Shown here: positions 39,689 to 49,698 of the stretch, one piece after another
How the letters are laid out: the number at the start of each line of letters is the position of its first letter
Numbering within the stretch: position 1 is the first letter of the stretch
NCBI GenBank assembly: GCA_963924565.1
Contig: OZ004607.1
Coordinates: 2,728,001 to 2,792,000 of the forward strand
From: Ascidiella aspersa
Lineage: Eukaryota
DNA length: 64,000 nt
Direction: 5' to 3'
Notes under the pieces: model-generated
The model's database searches: none
Told to the model about the DNA's origin: nothing
The model's input: the letters and a program-made list of their open reading frames with translations, nothing else
Made by a program: the position numbers and the translations under genes

Positions 39689-40432
39689 TCATTTTTTAGA
39701 TTTAACTCCAGTGTGGATCCTCGTATGTCTTCTCAGGTTACTTACATGGCTAAATCGTGTTCCACATTCTTGGCATTTGTATGGTTTTTCTCCGGTGTGA
39801 ACAAGCTGGTGGCGTTTAACGTGGCTCTCGTGACGAAAACTCTTCTCACACTTGAGACATTTATGTGGTCTTTCAACAGTGTGGACTATCAAGTGTTTTT
39901 TAAGATTTGCCATTTCGTTAAAACACTTTCTACACTCCTTACACTTGTACTTTCTTTCCCCGGTGTGAATTCGTTCGTGTTTTTTGAGATTGCCTGCCAG
40001 GCCGAAGCATTTTCCACAGTAATCGCATTTGTGAGATTTTTCTCCGGTGTGGGTGATCATGTGAGTTTTAAGCAAAGAAACCGCTCCGAAATGTTTGCCA
40101 CAAAACTCGCAGCGGTGTTTCTTGAAGTGCAACCTGGACAAGTGGTCGTTAAGAATGTGGCGCTTTTTAAAACACTTTTCGCAAACATGGCAGCGAAACT
40201 CAATGTTTGTGTCCTTAAGATCAGCTTTTCTTATGTTTCTTTTGAGGCATTTGATTTTTTTATTTGTCCAACTTTTACCTTGTTCAAATTGGTCTTTACA
40301 GTCGGATTCTTCACTTCTAGGCTGATCTTCGTGTGATAACAGTTCTGTCATCGTCGCAATAAAATTGTCGGAACAACGACGCTCCCGTCTTTCCATTTCT
40401 TCCTTTACAAATGAGTTTTGATAGTTAGACAT
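39689..40432 (-). CDS. C2H2 zinc-finger cluster gene 8, 247 aa, 6 fingers (most divergent paralog)
   Basis: Intact ORF with a diverged family motif (SEESDC) and EFRCHVC...HFKKHRC. Confidence 0.9.
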   Translation of the reverse strand: MSNYQNSFVKEEMERRERRCSDNFIATMTELLSHEDQPRSEESDCKDQFEQGKSWTNKKIKCLKRNIRKADLKDTNIEFRCHVCEKCFKKRHILNDHLSRLHFKKHRCEFCGKHFGAVSLLKTHMITHTGEKSHKCDYCGKCFGLAGNLKKHERIHTGERKYKCKECRKCFNEMANLKKHLIVHTVERPHKCLKCEKSFRHESHVKRHQLVHTGEKPYKCQECGTRFSHVSNLRRHTRIHTGVKSKK

Positions 40433-41132
40433 ATTTTAACACCTTGAAAAATATAAATTTTCGTAATACACAACACTAGTTTTTCTTAAACTGTCTTAAA
40501 ACACAAAACTTGTCTGAAATACAAACTTAATTTCCTCAAATTTGTTCAACGTATTTTAACACCCTAAAACCTTGAATTTTTAATACACAAACATCTCGAA
40601 GATTGTTGACATTAATTTGTTTAATAATACTGATTTATTCACAGTAAAAATGCTCTTTGAATTGTTTTAAGTTTGCGATACCCGCGACACAGCAAGAAAA
40701 AAGAAAAGTATTTAAACAGTTCGATCGACTTGTAACTTTGGTTTTACAAGAAGGTCTTAACAAATTCGTACAAGTCAAATCCGGATCGATCAGCCGCCTA
40801 CTTTACAACACTTCCTGTATAACGGTGACTTCCTATGAAAAAGTGATATGAGGTATTGGTAATTTGTCAAAAGATATAATTCACAAAACTTATTGTGCCG
40901 ACGATGCGACAAAGATCAAAACAGATTAGCATTTTAGAGAATTAGTTTTTGATGTTACTTTGCACAACAGCGCAACCCAAACAATTGTCCGAATTTTTTG
41001 ACAACGCCTGTGACTTACGACTCCTGGGGCACATGAACCAACCATGAATCTAGTACTCAACGAATTTTGTGAAGGGCATATAGTTTACCTTGAAAAATTT
41101 GAAAAGTTAGAAACCAGGTAAGAGAAAAACAC

Positions 41133-41293
41133 GGCGCTGATTTAATATTCTACCACAGAAAATTAACGCAGATTATTTGGTTTGGGGTGCGGGTTAGCGT
41201 TTAGCTTCGGGTGGATAAATTCTGCCTTATTTCAATTTTAACTACTGATTTTGCTACTGTACCTAAAAAGTGGTATGATTCTAGACCAGCGCC
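41133..41293. mobile_element. GG-terminated MITE with 8-bp TSD (Merlin-like)
   Basis: ggcgctg...taccac / gtggta...ccagcgcc. Perfect TSD aaaaacac. Superfamily assignment is inferred from GG ends plus an 8-bp TSD. Confidence 0.7.
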
Positions 41294-44010
41294 AAAAACA
41301 CAAATCACCTACGGGTTTATCTTAAAGCCAAGTTTTGCCATGAATTAAAACTTCACTGCTATGAATTTCGAGATAGAAATATTGACAAAAATAACCTCAC
41401 CAATATAACTAAACTGTATATCAATATTTACTAAAATTTTGCAAAATTACCCTAAAATGTAGTGCAATAATGCATCTTACAATACTATACTGTGAACAAC
41501 ATTGCCTCGCTTTTAAGTGTGAGCCTTGTCGTTGAACAACTGCTATGCTCGTTTCGTTCTTTTAACCACTCGCAAATCAGCTGACTGCTGTACCCAGTCG
41601 CAGAACCAGTCTAGCACATCCAACCGCAACGTAAACAATGCGTGCAATATAGAAGTCGTAAGAGGGATTTTAAAAATTAAACCAATAAAATCTGCCTCGA
41701 AGCTGAAAAAACACATTTAAACCAGTTTTCAAAGTTTTTTTTTTCAACTTTATTCTCTGATTTGCACTATTTCAACCTTAACACTCTTTAGTAAGAAAAC
41801 ATTCATTTAGAATTGTATTATGTAGAAACTTAACAGTCGTCGTTCTGTTAATTTTGGGGTAAGTTGTTACTACTATATTTCCTAACTCATTTGCGATTTG
41901 TCTATCGTAACAATGTAATTGTCTCTTTGTCGAAACCTCACAACACCACGGAAAGTCTCCTCACGAAAAAATTGACAGTATAAAACGTTTAATGCTGCTT
42001 TGTATCGGCTATGGTTGCAGTTTTCTATTTTTGGGCGAACATAATAGGAGATCACATTTTAAAACACCTTCGCTCCCATTGCTAAACTCTCTGTCTTTGC
42101 ATTACACTATAACAGCAACAGCTCCATACACGACTCATCCAAAATTAAACTTCCTTTTTATTAGGCCGAAATGCCAGTCTAATTGTAGCTGACAAGCAAA
42201 CGCGACATTACCGAAAGGATGTTGTCGGGAAACAGATGTAATGTATATCAACTGTAGTAATGCTTGTCATTTGACCATGGCTATGCTATGTAGGCTATTT
42301 TCGGTTGTCGGTAAACGCACCGATTTACCAGTTAAACATTGAAAAAAATACCAATTAAAATACTTTTTAAGTGCGCATGCCATATTGCTAAAGCTGCTAA
42401 TTTTTGTAACAATCCCGTGGAGGAAAGCATTTAAAAACAAGGAATTGTGACAACAACTGTATTCAGCTGTATACAGCATATTACAAACCAACATTAAGTA
42501 TATACGATTAAAGAGAAACTTGTCAAGGACTTTTTGTGCCTTGAAATCCTTTTTTTGTTTTTTCTCGTAAAGACAATTTTGTTTTTTCTCGTAAATTTTA
42601 TGCTTATATGTGTGACGTGAACACATCTACCCTTGTACAGCAATAAATAATCTAAACTTCATCTCTACTAGTTTAAGATCATTTGTTACTAAGTGGATTT
42701 TGTAGTTTTGCATTAAACAAAGATACTTCAAAAACGCATGTCGCCCTTTGTAAAAGTTCGCGGGAACCATAAGTCACGAACTACTTTTAAACAAGCGTAG
42801 TATACAAAAAATTTGCATTCAACCGTTTTGGTTACGATGTGCGAAGACTTCTAATTAAAAATAGGTATGTTTTATACCGGGATTATCCCGTTACCTATAC
42901 ACGATATATTGGACAAAAAGTATCGCGTTAATTAGTTCACCTCCAGTTGTTAATCTCCTATTTATTTAATAATATTTCATGGCTAAAATTCATATGTTAA
43001 TTGGGTATCAGACGAGTATCGATACTGCTGCTGGGCATCACTCATCAGCTCTGATCCAATATATTTGCTTTTGATATAAGGGTCAGTATTTGTTTCGTTC
43101 TAGTTAATGTCTATAAAAGAACAGGATTTTCGTAATAAAAGGACATAGCCTATGCTTCCATGTTTTATGTTTTACTATACATGTTTTACTATATTAAGCC
43201 AGGAAACAAAACAGGGTTCATTCACCCAACTTGATTTCTTGTAAGATTTCCTATCCCAACCCGCTATTATACTTTTGAATTTGACGCAGCTGTGAAAATA
43301 AAAGTACTGGCAACATTCCCGCTGTGTGTTGTAATAGTTAGTTACCTGATCAAAATCAATAATTTATATGGGCAAAAATATACCAGGTGGCATATACTAG
43401 TATTAACACTGGTTAATACCGCTCACGTCGTATTGATAAACACTCAAAAATATAGTATTTTATTAGTTTAGGTAAATTCCCCGCTTGTGTACCATTTCCA
43501 CGAATAGGAAACTTTTACGTCAATATTTATTGAATAATTGTTGAGAAACTTTAATCGTTTATTTATGTTATCTAATCAATTTGGCTAGGATAAGGTTTTA
43601 ATATAAGTAATTTGAGTCTAAAGTTTTTTAGTTATTGCCACATTGACAACACATAACAGCCAAACTATTAATTTTTGCGCATTCCAAATTGTTTTTGTGT
43701 GTTATGTTGTATTGTATACGCAAGTCTATCATTCCCTGAATTTGCATATTTTGAAAGATACTTAAAATAAATTTAAACAATAAATATGTCTCGTTTGTAG
43801 ACGTATTACAAAGCAGTGTTTAAAACAAGTCATTTTAAAATGCTTTAATACAAACCTATCAAATTATTTTCACAAATAGCAAGTCGACTTTATTAGTCCC
43901 AGTTAAACGCTCAAAATAACCAAACTTTATTAAATGTTTTTAATTAAAGTACCTTAACATGTTCAAAGCCATTTGTGTAAATTAATAAAATCTAAGTTGA
44001 GTCATTTGCC

Positions 44011-44198
44011 GGCGCTGGACTAGAATCCTACCACATTTATTTTAACACTAACGAAACGAGTTAGCCAAATTGCAAGGAAGGCATAATTTCCATAAATACG
44101 TTTATATAAATATAAACGCTAACTCACACCCCAACCCAAATAAAATGTTAGCAATATGACCCCCTGACGAAAATGTGGTAGGATTATAGACCAGTGCC
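44011..44198. mobile_element. Second GG-terminated MITE, same family, opposite orientation
   Basis: ~28-bp TIR ggcgctggactagaatcctaccacattt / aaatgtggtaggattatagaccagtgcc. TSD catttgcc/catttgtc. Confidence 0.75.
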
Positions 44199-44507
44199 CA
44201 TTTGTCCGAATGAGTTATGGTGTGTCATTTAAAATCAAATGCATAGATTTAGTTAAATAATAATATAAATTTGAATATGATTGGTAAATAGTAGTGGATT
44301 TATTATTTCAATGTACAAACCTGCAATTTTACTGAAGCAATCAGTCATTTAATATTAACTAACACTCTTGTGAGTTTTACTAAAAGTATGTGTACAGTCA
44401 AATAAATAACCTTAAACTTTGTATTATTATAGGAATATAGGTATGGTGCTTTATCGTCAATTTTAAATACTTTTTGTAATGATATGAAAAGTAGTGCAAG
44501 ACCCTAA

Positions 44508-44768
44508 ATGGCCAGTAAACTACCTTCAAATATTCCAAATCTAAAGGCTTTCGTAAAGCGAAGAGAGGTGCTTGGACTTTACAAGGACATTCTAAGGCGC
44601 ATTTACAGGATTGAGACGGAAACCGACCGTCAATATCTTCTGAAATGGACCCGTGATGAATTTCGCAAGTACAAGACAGAAACTGATAAAGAAACAATTG
44701 CATTTCACCTCAGAAGAGCAAAATCAGAACTGAAAAACTTGTCATCAGCGATGGGGGGCTTGAAATAA
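44508..44768 (+). CDS. LYRM2: LYR motif-containing protein 2 (mitochondrial), intronless CDS, 86 aa
   Basis: SKLP..LKAFVKRREVLGLYKDILR...DRQYLLKWTRDEFR matches the LYRM2 pattern (LYK variant of LYR). Confidence 0.88.
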   Translation: MASKLPSNIPNLKAFVKRREVLGLYKDILRRIYRIETETDRQYLLKWTRDEFRKYKTETDKETIAFHLRRAKSELKNLSSAMGGLK

Positions 44769-45482
44769 TAAATCACAAACCACAATATGCTGTGGTTCTT
44801 AATATAGATGTATATATATGTCATGCTTGTCAATATCCATGTTGCTCTCTGCTTGTAATGTTTTCTAACACATATTTAGCAGCAAATAAATACCCCTTTA
44901 TTTGAAAAACCTGGTCATGTGATCTTGCCATATTACTACTTAGCTCTAAAAATGCTTGTTTTGTACTGTGACCATACTTTCATACCCAATATTGGAAAAA
45001 ACAAACCTTATTTTGCATCAAATTTACATAATGCTGAACGGTGCAAACCAAACTCTATATTGAATCATTCAGTGATAAAAATGAAAGCTACAAAGGACAC
45101 ATTTGCAAATTCATAATAAAAAAAAAGCCAATTAAAGAAAATATATATTATTTGTTATTTTCATAGTGAATGGTAAATCGGCAGGAGGTGAATACTGATG
45201 ATATTATTGGTAACATATATATAGATATATATATATACATATATATATTTATTTAAGCTTTAAAGTCTTTACTAAAATATACCTTAAGTTGATGGCATTC
45301 TTCACTACATTTATAATTTGTTCAGTTTTAAAGTGTTTCTGCACACATATATATAATGCCATTTCAAATTAAAAAAATACAGGCTGTGAAATCGATGTAG
45401 CTCACTGCTGTTGAGGTATTTATGCAACTTTTTGTTTCTCTTTTCCAAAGGCATAGGTGAATGCCAGTAGAAATTACTTCCC

Positions 45483-46295
45483 ATGGATGGCATAACTTGG
45501 GTTGTTGTGTTGTGTTTGTGTGGATATATTGGTTTTGCTGAAGCTGTGTGTTCTGAGTCAACTTCACAATGGTTTTCTTCAGAGCAATCATGTTCTCCTG
45601 AGTATAAATCTATTATCAGCTCAAAGTGTAACATCGCCAGAAGGCACAAAATTACCCAAGAAGAGTTTATTGAAGATTTTGCCTTTACGGCTCCTGTGAT
45701 TTTGACCGGAGTTTCAGACAATTCTGTTTTCCAAGATCTTTGTCAAAAGGATGAGCTGGTTCGTAATCACGGCGATAAAGTGGTAACCCTTAGTACAGCA
45801 AACACTCACTCCTACAAAAAAGTATACATGACGTTCACTGAATATATGAACAAGGTTTTTTCGCCGCAGGACTTTAACAAATCCGGACCGGATACTTTGT
45901 ACTTTTTTGGAAACCACAACCTAACAGAATGGGATGATTTATTCAGACATTATCAAACGCCACCATTATGGCTGCCTGGAAAGGAATCAGCGCTTAGTTT
46001 CGGAATTGCTGGTCAAGGAACTGGGGTTCCTTTTCATTTTCACGGCCCTGGTTTTGCTGAGGTCATCCACGGCAGCAAGCGCTGGTTTCTACAACCGTTT
46101 GAAAAGAAGCCGGACTTCGATCCGAATAAAACGACTTTACGTTGGGTGCTTGAGGATTATGGGAAGCTGGATGAAGCAGACAAGCCGTTCGAGTGTGTCG
46201 TCAAACCTGGGGAGATCATTTACTTTCCAGATAAATGGTGGCATGCAACCCTAAACCTGGAACACTCTGTTTTTATGTCAACATTCCTCGGCTAA
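45483..46295 (+). CDS. JMJD8: JmjC domain-containing protein 8, intronless CDS, 270 aa with signal peptide
   Basis: Hydrophobic N-terminus; LSTANTHSY, LYFFGNHN, SFGIAGQGTGVPFHFHGPGFAEVIHGSKRWFL, YFPDKWWHATLNL...STFLG. Confidence 0.93.
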   Translation: MDGITWVVVLCLCGYIGFAEAVCSESTSQWFSSEQSCSPEYKSIISSKCNIARRHKITQEEFIEDFAFTAPVILTGVSDNSVFQDLCQKDELVRNHGDKVVTLSTANTHSYKKVYMTFTEYMNKVFSPQDFNKSGPDTLYFFGNHNLTEWDDLFRHYQTPPLWLPGKESALSFGIAGQGTGVPFHFHGPGFAEVIHGSKRWFLQPFEKKPDFDPNKTTLRWVLEDYGKLDEADKPFECVVKPGEIIYFPDKWWHATLNLEHSVFMSTFLG

Positions 46296-46785
46296 TTTAT
46301 TGTCCTTAAAATTGGTTATTTTAGGCCTTTTTATATTTCAGTTTCTAATTATGCAGGGGTGAAGCAAGATTAGTATTGTGTGTTATTGCAGTATGGCGCC
46401 TTGAATGTACTTAAAATAATTTTAAAACATTGTTTCTTATTGTGATACTATTTTATAGTAAATTTATACTAATAATTTATAAATTTTCAGATTTATAGCT
46501 GTGATAATAGTAAGAAGCTAATGATGAACCTAAATTGGATACATTTGTTTAGCCATATTTTTTTGTTTAATAATAAGTTTTGTTATTATTTAGTTTACTT
46601 AGAAGAGCCAATTAGTTTATAACAGCAAGTTTAACCAAATTAATTTAAAAGGTTGTGGTGCTAATTTTGTTTGTGATGGTAATCTGAAAAAGCAAATAAT
46701 TTATTTTTTGGTGTATTCCTGCAAATTAAACTATTTATTTATGGTTTCCAGTTGAATAGGTGAAATACAAAAAGTGATTTGAGAA

Positions 46786-49667
46786 ATGAAGACCGTTTTA
46801 ATGGTTGCGGAGAAACCATCTCTGTCGCTATCAATTGCCAAAATCTTATCCCGCGGTAGTTTAAACACAAGAAAAGGTATCAGCAGTGCTTGTCCAATTC
46901 ATGAATACTCTGGTAAGTTTATTTACTTTCTACAAGTAAGTTGGACTAAATAGTAAAGTAAAATAAAATTGCATATTGGTTGGAGGCTGTGGTAAGACTT
47001 ATATATAAGAATATCAAAGCCCATACAGAAGTAGGTAGCATTTTGACTGTTTTAAATAACTTTATTCATTTTCAAAATAGTCTTCAACATAAAAATAAAA
47101 ATGTTTACAGAACACCATTTTTTCTTTATATCCGTGTAAATTACTACATAATTTTTCCTAACAGAATGCCGCACTGTATAACTTTATTTGTTCAGGTAAA
47201 TTTCAAGGTGAACCAGTGAATTTTAAAGTCACTTCTGTTTGCGGACATGTGATGGCCCTGGATTTTGACGGAAAGTACAACAACTGGGACAAAGTTGACC
47301 CGGCCGAGTTGTTCAACGCTCCAACCTTCAAAAAGGAATCAAACCCAAAACTTAACATTGTCAAGTAAGTAACATTGAGAGCTTCAGTTGCTGGCACAGG
47401 CTGTTGATCCTGAGTATAGCGGGCAATGGTTCTATGGGCGTTTCTTGACTAGCTTCCAATAAGCCTATTTACGTCAGTTAGTAGAGCATCAGGATTGGTT
47501 TGGCTGGAGTTCGTCAGTTGAAACCTGACCTTAGACTAGTTATTTGTCTGATCTTGCTTGCACTGTAATCCTTAGACTGACTCATTTCGATAGCCTTTTT
47601 GGAGGCATCACATGAAATAAGCAACATTATCAATATATTATGCGTTGTGAAACTTTTAGGTTTTTTGATGTGGAGATGTTAAGTGGTTTCTATTGTATAA
47701 CTGTCATACTTTGGTAAAACAAGATTAAACCATATACAGAATTAACACTTTACAGTTAGCTGAACTAAAATATTTTGAATTTTAAACAATTCCTATTTTC
47801 AATAAGAATATTATTTCAAATTATACGTCTTACAGAAACTATTTTACCTTAATAATTAACATTTAATCCTAAAACAAATCAAGTGTTTTTCACCACAAGC
47901 TCATTATGGATCATTTGATGTGAATTGTGAAACACATTTTTTACATTTTGTTTTTTTGCCAGATTTCTTGAAAAGGAAGGCAGGGGAATTGATTACGTTG
48001 TTTTGTGGCTGGATTGTGACAAGGAGGGGGAAAATATCTGCTACGAAGTTCTCGACATAGTATTGCCTGTTATGAAACCGGTAGGTTCACATGCTTAACA
48101 GAATAAAAAGATTGCCAATTTTTTTGATATTTAAAATCTTTTTGTAAAATCACCAAAAAAACAGATTGTCTGATAAGAGTTAAATTTTTTATTGCTTAAC
48201 CCATACCAGAAAGAAAAGAGTAACCAATGTTATGTTTTACATTAAATATTGGTGTAAAATCATCAACAAAACAAATTGTCAGTTTAAAAGTAAAATTTGT
48301 AACGGTTATTATTTTTCCTTTGTCACTAAATTTGAGTAAGACATGATTCACTTTAGACATAAAATAACTAGCTGGTCTTTTTTTTTATTAAAAACAGTAA
48401 ATGTTTGACTGCTTTAGAAGTTGTACTTAGTTTATTTTAACACTTCATATATTTTTTAAAAACACACAAAAAAAAAACAGATAACAGTTGTATTTAATCT
48501 CCCCTTGTCAGTAAATTACATAATATAATATTTAACCAGCAGTTTTGCTCGTAAAACAACTTACTGGCTCTTTAATTGAAAGGTGTAAATGTTTTACAGT
48601 CCCCAAGGCAAACAGTGTTCCGTGCTCACTTTAGCGCGATCACCGACAAAGACATCCATGCTGCGATGAACAAGCTCGGTTCTCCGAATGAAAACGAATC
48701 TTTGGCGGTAGATGCTCGCCAGGAACTCGATTTAAGGGTCGGTTGTGCCTTCACGAGATTTCAAACTAAATATTTCCAGGTATGTGTTAGTTTTTAACGG
48801 ACTGATTTTAGGTTGTTTTGTGTACAGTTAGCCTATGTAGGCTTATACATGGGTCAAACCATGAACTCTGAAGCACAGTTATTGGTCACCAAAAGTGTTC
48901 AAAACCTACCTAAATTGCCACATATTTGCACAAGGCCAATAAACCCCTAAACAATATTTTTTATTTTTACCAAATGTAATTTTTTTTATTTAATGTTGCA
49001 CTCATGGCTATGGATTGTTTTTTTTTTCTTGTTTTTTTTTCCTACAGGCACTGGAAGAAATTTACCCTATGCTTCATGTTTGGTATCAATTATAATTGCA
49101 ACAGCGCAAAAGTTTATTTATGTAATTAATTAACCGTTTTGTACTGGTTTGGGAAAAAAACAACCTGGAATTTCTAATGTTTGGCTCCTATGTGCAAAAG
49201 AGGCTGATTATATGTTTAGATTTTATTCAGAATGTTAAGAGTGTGTGTAGACATTTCTACATATTTAATTTTTTTTTCAATTATTTTACTGTTTTACCGC
49301 AGGGAAAATATGGAAACCTTGACAGCTCGTTAATCTCCTATGGACCTTGCCAGACACCCACCTTAACGTTTTGTGTTGAGCGACATGACAAAATTCAATC
49401 TTTCAAACCTGAAACCTACTGGCAAATAGACGTCGATGTCAAGTGTCCAAATGATGGGCCGACGATTAAACTGGACTGGTCCCGGTATATAGTATTTTCT
49501 TTTTTGTATAAAGTATTATTATCAAAACCCTTTTTTTTAAATCATTTATTATTTTATTCAAAAATTGTAATAGTGAATATCCCATTTTGTTTCTGAAAAA
49601 TCAAAAAAGATTTTTTCTTTATTTGACTAAATAAATTGATTTACAATCAATGGAATAGATTAACTTT

Positions 49668-49698
<31 letters not shown>

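Noticed and set aside
1810-40336. Many alternative-frame and antisense ORFs overlapping the ZNF genes (e.g. 1874-2338, 10397-10810, 26775-27140, 39713-40336)
   Set aside because: Shadow ORFs produced by the repetitive codon structure of C2H2 arrays; no independent coding signal.
42267-42626. 119-aa minus-strand ORF and other short intergenic ORFs
   Set aside because: Low-complexity AT-rich translations with no recognisable motifs or splice support.
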